Notes: a model not told the origin generated them from the sequence alone. 64,000 bases of DNA from Escherichia coli (GCF_036507355.1 NZ_AP027877.1), one strand, 5' to 3'. Shown: positions 1-10,190, numbered from the stretch's first letter. Program-made: numbers and translations.

Positions 1-345
1 TGGCGAGAAAGCCGACTCCCGCGGCGAGAAATAAATATGGCGTCGGTCCGGTCAGCGCCTTTCCAGTTAGCACGTTCCAGGGTCCAGCGTTCCACAGCTT
101 CACGCTCATCAAAACGTAACGGGTGAACGGTAGAAAATCCGTTCTTCAGTCGGCGAATATTTATTCGACCTTCATTAAGGTCAAGATCCTGATAATGCAG
201 ATCAAGCAGTTCACTAATACGCATCCCATGCCGATATGCCAACAGAATAAGACAATAATCTCTGGCTCCCGTTGCCCCGTAACAAACCGCCTGCATCATG
301 GCCTGAACTTCTTTACCGGTAAGATAACGACGTTTACTCACAATA
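1..345 (-). CDS. fimE: Type 1 fimbriae switch recombinase FimE, N-terminal part (3' end lies beyond window start)
   Basis: Minus-strand translation from GTG at 345 gives VSKRRYLTGKEVQAMMQAVCYGATGARDYCLILLAYRHGMRISELLDLHYQDLDLNEGRINIRRLKNGFSTVHPLRFDEREAVERW..., matching FimE from memory; tyrosine-recombinase family. Confidence 0.85.
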
Positions 346-818
346 GTAGTACTCCTAACTGAGATATATTTGAATGAATACCTATAGGAAACCTCAATCG
401 GTCAAAATTAGCCCAATAGATAAAAAGATAACCACACACGAAGTGATGTGGCTATCAGTCAATTACATTAAATATCATACAAAAATAAAATATCACTGAT
501 GTGATAACATCTATTTTCATTGATTTGATTCAATATAACAATAGATTGCAGTGGATTAACTTCCAGTTGCTTAAAAAATAAAGGAAAAAGTGCAGAAACA
601 GGAGAGTTTAAGTGATGTGTAAATTTATGAATGATTTTGTTTATTTATTTTGAAGAACATAAACCATTGTATTTTGTATGGATATGGTTAACTTAATGTT
701 TATTATGATAATTAAGAATCATACTTACAATAACATCAATTAATAAATGGTTAATCATTTTTGATATATCGTAAGAATAATGTAGTTTTTAACACCATCC
801 CTGGTATCTCAACTATCT

Positions 819-1421
819 CTATAAAACAGCGTGACGCTGTCGTCCTCTGGCTCTATCCCAGATGCCGTAAAAACGCCCTGCATTGCTGGCGGTATACCAG
901 ACAGTATGACGAATATTGCGATGCCCAAGATAATCCTGGATAAGTCGCGTATCTATTCCCATATTCGCCAAAGCAAAACTACACGAATGGCGTAACATGT
1001 GCGGATGAATCTCCAGTGACAACCCGGCATTACCACCGGAAGTCGAGATAATATGGTAAAACTGTTGCCGAGAAAGCGGATTCCCCTTACGCGATAAAAA
1101 TACCCACTCGCTCTCAGCATGCGGGTACGAAGTACGGATACTCAACCAGTTTTTTAAAGCCTGAACTTCTTTATTCAATAGCGGGTGCGTTGTTGAAAAG
1201 ACTTTTTTTAATCGATGGATATATATACACTTTGCCTTAAGATCAATATCCGAAATCCTCAATCGACAAATTTCACTCGCCCGGAAACCATGAATAAAAC
1301 AAAGCAAAGTCAGACAATAATTACGTGCTGCATGAGGCCCGGTATTTGCTGCTTTAAGGAGTGATTCGATTTCACTATGGGTCAGGAAGTTCCTTTTTTT
1401 GTTATCAGCCTTATTCTTCAT
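819..1421 (-). CDS. fimB: Type 1 fimbriae switch recombinase FimB (tyrosine recombinase)
   Basis: ORF 819..1451(-); internal Met gives MKNKADNKKRNFLTHSEIESLLKAANTGPHAARNYCLTLLCFIHGFRASE... (200 aa), matching FimB; conserved HxxR and Y motifs near the C-terminus. Confidence 0.9.
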   Translation of the reverse strand: MKNKADNKKRNFLTHSEIESLLKAANTGPHAARNYCLTLLCFIHGFRASEICRLRISDIDLKAKCIYIHRLKKVFSTTHPLLNKEVQALKNWLSIRTSYPHAESEWVFLSRKGNPLSRQQFYHIISTSGGNAGLSLEIHPHMLRHSCSFALANMGIDTRLIQDYLGHRNIRHTVWYTASNAGRFYGIWDRARGRQRHAVL

Positions 1422-2436
1422 CGTTTTTCCCTTATAATTACAGACGCGCACTAGCTGTGCTGGGTTAGCAATAATCCAACATTTTTATCCTGATTATGTT
1501 TATAAAAGCGAACGTTTGCTTAATAACTAACGTAAGTGGACCAGTTCTTCTGAGTGAACTTAAATGGAGTAGCAACAGTTAATTATAATAACGTTGCCAT
1601 ACAAACGCCATGCTCTTGCATGCTATGTACCTTTATATATTTATCAATCGGATACGAATCTAATAATAACCCTCATCATTAATGCAACTAATCTTATCTA
1701 TATATCATGTGATATGTTCTGTAACAAGTAAAATCAACATAAAAAATTCAGCAAAATTTAATATTCGTTCAACTAGCCGTCTCACATATGACATTATTAG
1801 TCAACTCCATTTGCCACAAAATGGCTATTTCATGGAGCGCAGTAATTTCTTAGTGGCTATTATCATGCTAATTCTTAGGTCCCTAGCGATTATTCCTGGC
1901 TGATTCGTCAGCTTACGCCATGAGATTGTTACATTCATTTTTATCCTGGAGATATGGGGGAACGCAGGAGATGATTTTTTCATCTACATTCGTTGGTAAA
2001 TATAGCTTTGGTCACTACGACTTAAACCTTCCTCAATCACAGCCATTCGCCGGGCGATACGGCAAACAAACTAAGTGAAACATCATCCTGAAAACACCAA
2101 CATCAACAAGCCTCTCCAGATCGACTTCAGAAGTGACCAGTTACAAGCCACAAACCAAGAAACATATTTCATGATGAGAATTATGCTCAGCCTGATGGCG
2201 GGTAAACACTGATTTTCACCAAGCTCACGGAGTTAGCTTGCAAAGCTTTCCTTGTTTAGACTATAAATAAATTATTTATAAAACAAATAGTTAAACGAAG
2301 ATCTTTAGTTTTTGAAGACCACCGCAAGTGTTCGTCTGGCTTCACATGGCATCTTCCTCTTAGAAAAATATCGACATATTTTGTGACACGAATTGCAAAT
2401 CTGGTTTTGTTGTATGGATTGCGTGATTTTTGTTCT

Positions 2437-2459
2437 GGTATAACAGGTATAAAGGTGCA
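2437..2459. promoter_or_regulatory. Candidate NanR operator (GGTATA repeats) in the fimB-nanC intergenic region
   Basis: Sequence GGTATAACAGGTATAAAGGTGCA: two exact GGTATA hexamers and one degenerate copy at 9-bp spacing, the known NanR repeat pattern; sits in the ~1.45 kb spacer between divergent fimB and nanC. Confidence 0.5.
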
Positions 2460-2875
2460 CCAAGATAGTCAATGAGACAGGGCATCTTGCAATCTATGGC
2501 AAACATCACTTCAGTTCTTTCTCATCGGGTGATGAAAACGCACTTCAGTCTGAAAGGAATATGAAAATGAGATCAACAGACACTCTATTTTATGACTCCG
2601 GGTAAAATGGATTGAGTAAGTGATATAGCTTACGAACATTCAAATCAATTAAACATCAGAAGAGATTTTATACTCAGGTATTTAATCTGGATCTCTGTTT
2701 ATTTAAATAATGTGAAACGAGAATTTTCACAGGAGACCTTATACAAAAAATATAAAATACAGTTACCCGTTGCCAAAGACACTATAAGCCTGGCAAAAAA
2801 TATTACACAACATAAATGCTAATTGTTTATGCGGGCTTTGTATTGCTTTCTGTATCCTACAAATGAGTGAAATTT

Positions 2876-3592
2876 ATGAAAAAGGCTAAAATACTTTCTG
2901 GCGTATTATTACTGTGCTTTTCGTCCCCATTAATTTCTCAGGCTGCGACACTGGACGTACGTGGTGGATATCGTAGTGGAAGCCACGCCTATGAGACTCG
3001 ACTCAAAGTCAGTGAGGGATGGCAAAATGGATGGTGGGCAAGCATGGAAAGTAATACCTGGAATACCATTCATGATAATAAAAAGGAAAATGCCGCACTC
3101 AATGATGTTCAGGTTGAAGTTAATTACGCGATTAAACTTGATGATCAATGGACGGTGCGCCCGGGAATGTTAACGCATTTTAGCAGCAACGGCACACGCT
3201 ACGGACCCTACGTAAAACTGTCCTGGGACGCGACAAAAGATCTTAATTTTGGCATTCGCTATCGTTACGACTGGAAAGCTTACCGACAACAAGACTTATC
3301 TGGTGATATGTCTCGTGATAACGTTCATCGTTGGGATGGATATGTCACTTACCATATTAATAGTGATTTCACCTTCGCATGGCAAACGACGCTATACAGT
3401 AAACAGAACGATTATCGCTATGCAAACCATAAGAAATGGGCGACGGAAAATGCATTTGTTCTACAATACCATATGACGCCCGATATTACGCCATACATAG
3501 AATATGACTACCTTGACCGTCAGGGTGTTTACAACGGCAGAGATAATTTATCGGAAAACAGTTATCGCATTGGTGTGTCATTTAAACTGTAG
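2876..3592 (+). CDS. nanC: N-acetylneuraminic acid outer-membrane channel (KdgM family porin)
   Basis: ORF 2867..3592(+); MKKAKILSGVLLLCFSSPLISQA signal peptide then beta-barrel-like alternating sequence; matches NanC/YjhA from memory. Confidence 0.85.
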   Translation: MKKAKILSGVLLLCFSSPLISQAATLDVRGGYRSGSHAYETRLKVSEGWQNGWWASMESNTWNTIHDNKKENAALNDVQVEVNYAIKLDDQWTVRPGMLTHFSSNGTRYGPYVKLSWDATKDLNFGIRYRYDWKAYRQQDLSGDMSRDNVHRWDGYVTYHINSDFTFAWQTTLYSKQNDYRYANHKKWATENAFVLQYHMTPDITPYIEYDYLDRQGVYNGRDNLSENSYRIGVSFKL

Positions 3593-3611
3593 TAGACAGG
3601 AGACAGTCACA

Positions 3612-4718
3612 ATGAATAAAACAATAACGGCGCTTACTATCATAATGGCTTCATTTGCCGCAAACGCGTCTGTATTACCGGAAACTCCTGTGCCATTTAA
3701 AAGTGGTACCGGAGCAATTGATAACGACACTGTCTACATTGGTTTAGGTAGCGCAGGTACGGCATGGTACAAGCTGGATACACAGGCCAAAGATAAAAGA
3801 TGGACAGCGTTAGCTGCATTCCCTGGCGGACCGAGAGATCAAGCAACCTCTGCATTTATTGATGGCAATCTGTATGTGTTTGGCGGCATTGGCAAAAACA
3901 GCGAGGGCTTGACTCAGGTATTTAATGACGTACACAAATACAACCCCAAAACCAATAGCTGGGTTAAATTGATGTCGCACGCGCCGATGGGCATGGCGGG
4001 CCATGTGACTTTTGTACACAACGGCAAGGCTTATGTTACTGGCGGTGTTAACCAGAATATCTTCAATGGCTATTTTGAAGATCTCAACGAAGCTGGAAAA
4101 GATTCAACCGCTATAGATAAAATCAACGCCTACTATTTTGACAAAAAAGCAGAAGATTATTTCTTCAATAAGTTTCTGTTGTCTTTTGATCCCTCAACAC
4201 AGCAATGGAGTTACGCTGGCGAATCTCCCTGGTACGGAACGGCTGGTGCGGCGGTTGTGAATAAAGGTGATAAAACCTGGCTTATTAATGGCGAAGCCAA
4301 ACCAGGATTGCGAACGGATGCCGTATTTGAACTTGACTTCACCGGTGATAATTTAAAATGGAATAAGCTTGATCCCGTCTCATCACCAGATGGCGTCGCT
4401 GGCGGTTTTGCGGGGATAAGCAATGATTCTCTTATATTTGCTGGAGGGGCCGGATTCAAAGGTTCACGAGAAAATTACCAGAACGGTAAGAACTATGCGC
4501 ATGAAGGCCTGAAAAAATCATATAGCGCTGATATTCATCTTTGGTATAACGGGAAATGGGATAAATCGGGTGAATTATCGCAAGGTCGGGCCTACGGAGT
4601 ATCATTGCCCTGGAATAATAGTTTATTAATTATTGGCGGTGAAACTGCAGGCGGCAAAGCAGTGATGGATTCAGTTTTAATTTCTGTGAAGGATAATAAA
4701 GTCACAGTACAAAACTAA
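3612..4718 (+). CDS. nanM: N-acetylneuraminate mutarotase (Kelch-repeat beta-propeller), periplasmic
   Basis: ORF 3504..4718(+); internal start MNKTITALTIIMASFAANA (signal peptide), repeated GG/Kelch-like motifs (VFGGIG, YVTGGVN, FAGGAGF, LIIGGE); RBS AGGAGA upstream. Confidence 0.85.
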   Translation: MNKTITALTIIMASFAANASVLPETPVPFKSGTGAIDNDTVYIGLGSAGTAWYKLDTQAKDKRWTALAAFPGGPRDQATSAFIDGNLYVFGGIGKNSEGLTQVFNDVHKYNPKTNSWVKLMSHAPMGMAGHVTFVHNGKAYVTGGVNQNIFNGYFEDLNEAGKDSTAIDKINAYYFDKKAEDYFFNKFLLSFDPSTQQWSYAGESPWYGTAGAAVVNKGDKTWLINGEAKPGLRTDAVFELDFTGDNLKWNKLDPVSSPDGVAGGFAGISNDSLIFAGGAGFKGSRENYQNGKNYAHEGLKKSYSADIHLWYNGKWDKSGELSQGRAYGVSLPWNNSLLIIGGETAGGKAVMDSVLISVKDNKVTVQN

Positions 4719-4750
4719 CGCTTCAGGGCCCCGGTAAAGGGGCCCTGCTA
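4718..4750 (+). terminator. Hairpin after nanM (GGGCCCCGGTAAAGGGGCCC)
   Basis: Perfect GC-rich inverted repeat immediately after the nanM stop; no long U-tract, so it may act as an intra-operon attenuator or RNA-stability element rather than a full terminator. Confidence 0.35.
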
Positions 4751-4782
4751 TCAATTTGTCATTTCAATTACGCGAAATTTAT

Positions 4783-5763
4783 ATGAACGCAATAATATCG
4801 CCTGATTATTACTATATTCTTACCGTTGCTGGTCAGTCTAATGCCATGGCGTATGGCGAAGGACTGCCATTACCGGACAGGGAAGATGCGCCTCATCCCA
4901 GAATTAAACAATTAGCGAGATTTGCGCATACGCATCCCGGAGGCCCGTCATGTCACTTTAACGACATTATTCCACTGACTCACTGCCCACACGATGTTCA
5001 GGATATGCAGGGTTATCACCATCCTCTGGCAACGAATCATCAAACACAGTACGGCACCGTTGGCCAGGCACTGCATATAGCACGGAAATTACTGCCCTTT
5101 ATTCCTGATAATGCAGGGGTTCTCATCGTTCCGTGTTGCCGTGGCGGATCGGCTTTTACCGCGGGCAGCGAAGGGACATATTCAGAACGGCACGGAGCCA
5201 GCCATGATGCTTGTCGTTGGGGAACGGATACTCCGCTATACCAGGATTTAGTCAGCAGAACGCGAGCCGCACTGGCAAAAAATCCGCATAACAAATTCCT
5301 CGGCGTATGCTGGATGCAAGGCGAATTTGACTTAATGACCAGTGACTACGCGTCACACCCTCAACACTTTAATCATATGGTTGAAGCCTTTCGTAGGGAT
5401 CTAAAACAATACCATTCTCAGCTTAATAATATTACTGACGCACCGTGGTTTTGCGGCGATACCACCTGGTACTGGAAAGAAAATTTCCCTCATGCGTATG
5501 AAGTTATTTATGGCAATTATCAAAATAATGTTTTAGCCAATATTATTTTCGTCGACTTCCAGCAACAAGGTGAAAGAGGACTGACGAACGCGCCTGATGA
5601 AGACCCGGACGATTTAAGCACGGGATATTACGGTTCAGCGTACCGGTCACCGGAGAACTGGACGACGGCACTGCGAAGCAGTCATTTCAGCACGGCAGCC
5701 CGTCGGGGGATTATTTCTGACAAGTTTGTAGAAGCAATTTTGCAGTTTTGGCGCGAAAGGTGA
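4783..5763 (+). CDS. nanS: 9-O-acetyl-N-acetylneuraminate esterase (SGNH hydrolase)
   Basis: ORF 4756..5763(+); MNAIISPDYYYILTVAGQSNAMAYGEGLPLP... has the GQSN esterase motif; matches NanS/YjhS from memory. Confidence 0.8.
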   Translation: MNAIISPDYYYILTVAGQSNAMAYGEGLPLPDREDAPHPRIKQLARFAHTHPGGPSCHFNDIIPLTHCPHDVQDMQGYHHPLATNHQTQYGTVGQALHIARKLLPFIPDNAGVLIVPCCRGGSAFTAGSEGTYSERHGASHDACRWGTDTPLYQDLVSRTRAALAKNPHNKFLGVCWMQGEFDLMTSDYASHPQHFNHMVEAFRRDLKQYHSQLNNITDAPWFCGDTTWYWKENFPHAYEVIYGNYQNNVLANIIFVDFQQQGERGLTNAPDEDPDDLSTGYYGSAYRSPENWTTALRSSHFSTAARRGIISDKFVEAILQFWRER

Positions 5764-5770
5764 GCGTTCA

Positions 5771-6025
5771 TTAATTTGATTTATTCGCATCCATCAGCGC
5801 TTTTAACTGCTCCGGCGTAAACGGTGGTTTGCGTCGGTGCAACATCGCATGGCAATTAGGGTACACAGGCAGCAAATCATTAACTGGATCCAGCTGGTAA
5901 TCCTCTTTAATGGCTGACAGCGGCACCAGGTGATGCACATGGATAAAGCCTTCAGCGATATCACCATAGATCTTCACCAGATCAACACCGCATATTCCGT
6001 ATGAACCATACGGAGATTTAACCAT
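5771..6025 (-). CDS. Short HNH-motif protein, possibly a C-terminal remnant of a larger HNH nuclease gene
   Basis: 84-aa translation contains HVHHLVP...N...NCHAMLH (HNH-like His/Asn/His spacing) but lacks a clear first CxxC pair; AT-rich; its start overlaps the start of the divergent HUH gene. Confidence 0.4.
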   Translation of the reverse strand: MVKSPYGSYGICGVDLVKIYGDIAEGFIHVHHLVPLSAIKEDYQLDPVNDLLPVYPNCHAMLHRRKPPFTPEQLKALMDANKSN

Positions 6026-6593
6026 GACCTACAAATACAACCCCTTCTGGCAGCAACGTATTCGTGAGACGGTGCGGCACGCACTGAATGTTCATCCCCG
6101 CCTGACGGCATTGCGGGTTGACCTGCGTCTCCCGGATGTACCGGCAGCAACGGACGCAGCTGTGATATCCCGCTTCATCAATGCCCTGAAAGCCCGAATC
6201 GACGCTTACCAGAAACGTAAGCATCGGGAAGGTAAACGCGTGCATCCCACAACCCTGCATTACGTCTGGGCCCGGGAGTTTGGGGAGTGCAAAGGTAAAA
6301 AACACTATCACCTGATGCTGCTGGTCAACCGGGATACCTGGTGTCGTGCCGGTGATTACCGCGCTCCGGAGTCTCTGGCCGGGATGATTAAACAGGCGTG
6401 GTGCAGTGCCCTGGGAGTGGATGTCGGGTGCCATGCCACGCTGGTGCATTTTCCGGCCTGGCCGGCGGTGTGGCTGGCGCGTAATGATGACACCGGCTTT
6501 CAGCAAGTGCTGGAACGTGCTGACTATCTGGCGAAGGAGTATACCAAAGCTCACTGCACCGGTGAGCGCAATTTTGGCTGTAGCCGGAGTTGA
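6024..6593 (+). CDS. YagK/YfjJ-like (inovirus Gp2-type) protein with HUH-like motif, probable rolling-circle Rep-type nuclease
   Basis: 189-aa ORF; KKHYHLMLLV resembles an HUH motif (His-hydrophobic-His-hydrophobics); resembles YfjJ/YagK proteins of CP4-type cryptic prophages from memory. Confidence 0.55.
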   Translation: MTYKYNPFWQQRIRETVRHALNVHPRLTALRVDLRLPDVPAATDAAVISRFINALKARIDAYQKRKHREGKRVHPTTLHYVWAREFGECKGKKHYHLMLLVNRDTWCRAGDYRAPESLAGMIKQAWCSALGVDVGCHATLVHFPAWPAVWLARNDDTGFQQVLERADYLAKEYTKAHCTGERNFGCSRS

Positions 6594-6846
6594 GCACGAC
6601 TGGCGCGCCAATATCCGGCAAACCAAAAGTATGGGTTGTTGTCTGGCGGCAACGATGTATCCACTCGCCCACTGACTGTTTTTTACGTCAGTGTTCCATT
6701 GTGTGACAACCACAGTGCTGTAACAGCAACCAGCCTGCTTTACCCAAACTCCAGTCCAGATTTTAACTGAACCGCCATTCACACCCTGACCACGCTGCCC
6801 GTACCGGGACGGCTGTTGCCTGCGTGTCGTCTGGCGGCTAAGGAAT

Positions 6847-7254
6847 ATGACTATGTACGCAAAATCCTTTATCGCTCTTGATGGCAACGGACGTCTGACG
6901 GGCGCCCGTACTGCACAGGCCGCACCTTATGCTCACTACACCTGCCACTTGTGTGGCAGTGCACTCAGATACCATCCGCAATACGACACTGAACTTCCCT
7001 GGTTTGAACACACTGACGACAGGCTGACAGAGCACGGTCAACAGTGCCCTTATGTCAGGCCGGAGCGCAGAGAAATACAGTTGATTAAACGTCTGCAGCA
7101 ATTCGTACCGGATGCCTTACCCGTGGTGCGTAAAGCCAGCTGGCACTGCAGACAATGTCACCACGATTATTATGGGGAGCAGTACTGCACACACTGCCAG
7201 ACCGGAGGATTCAGTATTCCCCGGACAACTCAGGAGGAAATATGCGAATTCTGA
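6847..7254 (+). CDS. Cys-rich zinc-ribbon protein, paralog 1
   Basis: 135-aa ORF with CHLCG...PWFEH...WHCRQC...YCTHCQTG; same architecture as the next gene. Confidence 0.5.
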   Translation: MTMYAKSFIALDGNGRLTGARTAQAAPYAHYTCHLCGSALRYHPQYDTELPWFEHTDDRLTEHGQQCPYVRPERREIQLIKRLQQFVPDALPVVRKASWHCRQCHHDYYGEQYCTHCQTGGFSIPRTTQEEICEF

Positions 7255-7676
7255 ACTGTTATATGGCGAATGACAGCAAAGGCCATTTTGTTACGGCGAA
7301 AGAAGCTGCGAAGCACAACCGACAGGACGTTTTGTGCTGTGTGTCCTGTGGATGCCCGTTAACACTTCAGCGGGGCAATGACGGACAACCACCGTGGTTT
7401 GAACATGACCAGATGACTGTCGCTGAAAAAATCCTGCTGCGATGTACCTGGCTTGACCCGGCGGAGAAAGAGGCCCGTCGTTTGCATCTGCAGGGCATGA
7501 CGGTTCCGGATTATACGGTGAAGGTGAGAAAGTGGTTTTGTGTGATGTGTGACGAAGATTATGAGGGGGAAAAGTGCTGCCCACGCTGCGGTACCGGGGT
7601 ATACAGCAGGGCGTGGGGGCGGCAGGAGGTGCCGTCGGAAGATGCCAGGGCTGATAATCCGTTACAGAGGCTGTAA
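7242..7676 (+). CDS. Cys-rich zinc-ribbon protein, paralog 2
   Basis: Start ATG at 7242 preceded by GGAGG RBS and overlapping the last codons of paralog 1; CCVSCG...PWFEH...FCVMC...CCPRCGTG. Confidence 0.5.
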   Translation: MRILNCYMANDSKGHFVTAKEAAKHNRQDVLCCVSCGCPLTLQRGNDGQPPWFEHDQMTVAEKILLRCTWLDPAEKEARRLHLQGMTVPDYTVKVRKWFCVMCDEDYEGEKCCPRCGTGVYSRAWGRQEVPSEDARADNPLQRL

Positions 7677-8009
7677 TGGTTGCCTCCGGAGCAGTTTGCG
7701 GTGATGCCTTTCCCGGGAATGGATTGCCAGTGCGGGGACTGTGGAGCTTAATTCCGGTGTTGGTGGCCTTTCCGTTGATTTTATGCCAACAGCCCCCTGT
7801 GACTGACAGGCTGCCTCGTCATTCCATTCGTATCTCCAGTAACAGGGGGTTGTATTGTATTTTATTGTGCCGGTTCAGGTGTGCGTTTCCCGGCGCGTCT
7901 GCACCGGCTTAACCAAATTCAACAGGGATAAAATAGTGGTAAGCGTACAGCCTGAACCGTCTGGTCAGAATCTGACGAATTAGACAAAGTGGTGTCCACC
8001 AAATAAGTA

Positions 8010-8411
8010 GTGGGAACCAAAGTGTCAGATATGCAGAAAAATGTGACTCCCGGCAGGCGAAAAGGCTGCCCTAATTATCCTCCCGAATTTAAACAGCTGC
8101 TCGTTGCTGCCTCCTGTGAACCCGGGATATCCATCTCAAAACTTGCTCTTGAAAATGGCATTAACGCCAATCTGTTGTTCAAATGGCGACAACAATGGCG
8201 CGAGGGAAAGCTGCTATTACCTTCTTCAGAGAGCCCCCAGCTACTTCCTGTGACTCTCGATGCAGCTGCCGAACAGCCAGAATCGCTCGCAGAGGACCCG
8301 GAAACCCTCAGTATCAGCTGTGAGGTAACGTTCCGGCACGGGACGCTCCGCTTCAATGGCAATGTCAGCGAAAAGCTCCTGACTCTGCTGATACAGGAAC
8401 TGAAGCGATGA
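8010..8411 (+). CDS. IS66-family accessory protein (orfA / TnpA-like)
   Basis: 133-aa ORF with HTH-like N-terminus (ISKLALENGINANLLFKWRQQW), typical of IS66 orfA. Confidence 0.7.
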   Translation: MGTKVSDMQKNVTPGRRKGCPNYPPEFKQLLVAASCEPGISISKLALENGINANLLFKWRQQWREGKLLLPSSESPQLLPVTLDAAAEQPESLAEDPETLSISCEVTFRHGTLRFNGNVSEKLLTLLIQELKR

Positions 8412-8755
8412 TCCCGTTACCTTCCGGGACCAAAATTTGGCTGGTTGCCGGTATCACCGATATGAGAAATGGCTTCAACGGCCTGGCTGCGAAAGTACAA
8501 ACGGCGCTGAAAGACGATCCCATGTCCGGCCATGTTTTCATTTTCCGGGGCCGCAGCGGCAGTCAGGTTAAACTGCTGTGGTCCACCGGTGACGGACTGT
8601 GCCTCCTGACCAAACGGCTGGAGCGTGGGCGCTTCGCCTGGCCGTCAGCCCGTGATGGCAAAGTGTTCCTTACGCAGGCGCAGCTGGCGATGCTGCTGGA
8701 AGGTATCGACTGGCGACAGCCCAAGCGGCTGCTGACCTCCCTGACCATGCTGTAA
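8408..8755 (+). CDS. IS66-family orfB (TnpB-like)
   Basis: 115-aa ORF; MIPLPSGTKIWLVAGITDMRNGFNGLAA... is the IS66 Orf2 signature; start overlaps the orfA stop (ATGA). Confidence 0.75.
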   Translation: MIPLPSGTKIWLVAGITDMRNGFNGLAAKVQTALKDDPMSGHVFIFRGRSGSQVKLLWSTGDGLCLLTKRLERGRFAWPSARDGKVFLTQAQLAMLLEGIDWRQPKRLLTSLTML

Positions 8756-8804
8756 ATCTCTTTATCCTGGTTGTCACAGAATAAGCCCGGTAAAATACGG
8801 GCTT

Positions 8805-10190
8805 ATGAACGACATCTCTTCTGACGACATCTTCCTGCTAAAACAGCGCCTGGCCGAACAGGAAGCGCTGATCCACGCCCTGCAGGAAAAGCTGAGCAAC
8901 CGGGAGCGCGAAATAGACCATCTGCAGGCGCAGCTGGATAAACTCCGCCGGATGAACTTCGGCAGTCGTTCCGAAAAAGTCTCCCGCCGTATCGCACAAA
9001 TGGAAGCCGATCTGAACCGGCTTCAGAAAGAGAGCGATACGCTGACTGGTAGGGTGTATGACCCGGCAGTACAGCGTCCGTTGCGTCAGACCCGCACCCG
9101 TAAGCCGTTCCCTGAATCACTACCCCGTGACGAAAAGCGACTGTTGCCTGCGGCGCCGTGCTGCCCGAACTGCGGCGGTTCACTGAGCTATCTGGGCGAG
9201 GATACCGCCGAACAGCTGGAGTTGATGCGTAGCGCCTTCCGGGTTATCCGGACGGTACGGGAAAAACATGCCTGTACTCAGTGCGATGCCATCGTGCAGG
9301 CACCTGCACCTTCGCGGCCCATCGAGCGGGGTATCGCCGGACCGGGGCTGCTGGCCCGCGTGCTGACCTCGAAGTATGCAGAGCACACCCCGCTGTATTG
9401 CCAGTCAGAAATATACGGCCGGCAAGGTGTGGAGCTGAGCCGTTCACTGCTGTCGGGCTGGGTGGATGCATGCTGCCGGCTGCTGTCTCCGCTGGAAGAG
9501 GCGCTTCATGGCTATGTCATGACTGACGGCAAACTCCATGCCGATGATACCCCGGTCCAGGTACTGCTGCCGGGTAATAAGAAGACGAAGACCGGGCGGT
9601 TGTGGGCGTATGTTCGTGATGACCGCAATGCCGGGTCAGCGTTGGCACCTGCAGTGTGGTTCGCTTACAGCCCGGACAGAAAAGGCATCCATCCGCAGAC
9701 TCATCTTGCTTGCTTCAGCGGTGTGCTGCAAGCGGATGCGTACGCCGGGTTCAACGAGCTGTATCGCAATGGTGGGATAACGGAAGCTGCCTGCTGGGCT
9801 CATGCCCGCCGAAAGATCCACGATGTGCACGTCCGCATCCCGTCAGCACTGACGGAAGAAGCCCTAGAGCAGATCGGTCAGTTGTACGCCATAGAGGCGG
9901 ATATAAGGGGAATGCCGGCAGAGCAGCGGCTTGCTGAACGTCAGCGAAAAACGAAACCGCTGTTGAAATCCCTGGAAAGCTGGTTGCGTGAAAAGATGAA
10001 GACCCTGTTCTTCGGCTCTGGCCATGGTGGTGAGCGGGGAGCGCTACTGTACAGCCTGATCGGGACGTGCAAACTGAATGACGTGGATCCAGAAAGCTAC
10101 CTTCGCCATGTGCCTGGCGTCATAGCAGACTGGCCGGTCAACCGGGTCAGCGAACTGCTTCCGTGGCGCATAGCACTGCCAGCTGAATAA
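8805..10190 (+). CDS. IS66-family transposase (orfC / TnpC), probably carrying an internal in-frame deletion
   Basis: 461-aa ORF with leucine-zipper N-terminus, CxxC...CxxC zinc motif and DDE region; about 50 aa shorter than typical IS66 TnpC, with the conserved region before LFFGS.GGERGA apparently missing. Confidence 0.7.
   Translation: MNDISSDDIFLLKQRLAEQEALIHALQEKLSNREREIDHLQAQLDKLRRMNFGSRSEKVSRRIAQMEADLNRLQKESDTLTGRVYDPAVQRPLRQTRTRKPFPESLPRDEKRLLPAAPCCPNCGGSLSYLGEDTAEQLELMRSAFRVIRTVREKHACTQCDAIVQAPAPSRPIERGIAGPGLLARVLTSKYAEHTPLYCQSEIYGRQGVELSRSLLSGWVDACCRLLSPLEEALHGYVMTDGKLHADDTPVQVLLPGNKKTKTGRLWAYVRDDRNAGSALAPAVWFAYSPDRKGIHPQTHLACFSGVLQADAYAGFNELYRNGGITEAACWAHARRKIHDVHVRIPSALTEEALEQIGQLYAIEADIRGMPAEQRLAERQRKTKPLLKSLESWLREKMKTLFFGSGHGGERGALLYSLIGTCKLNDVDPESYLRHVPGVIADWPVNRVSELLPWRIALPAE

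Noticed and set aside
6018-6887. 289-aa minus-strand ORF overlapping the YfjJ-like gene
   Set aside because: Overlaps a plus-strand gene that has a recognisable HUH motif; its own translation is low-complexity with no motif
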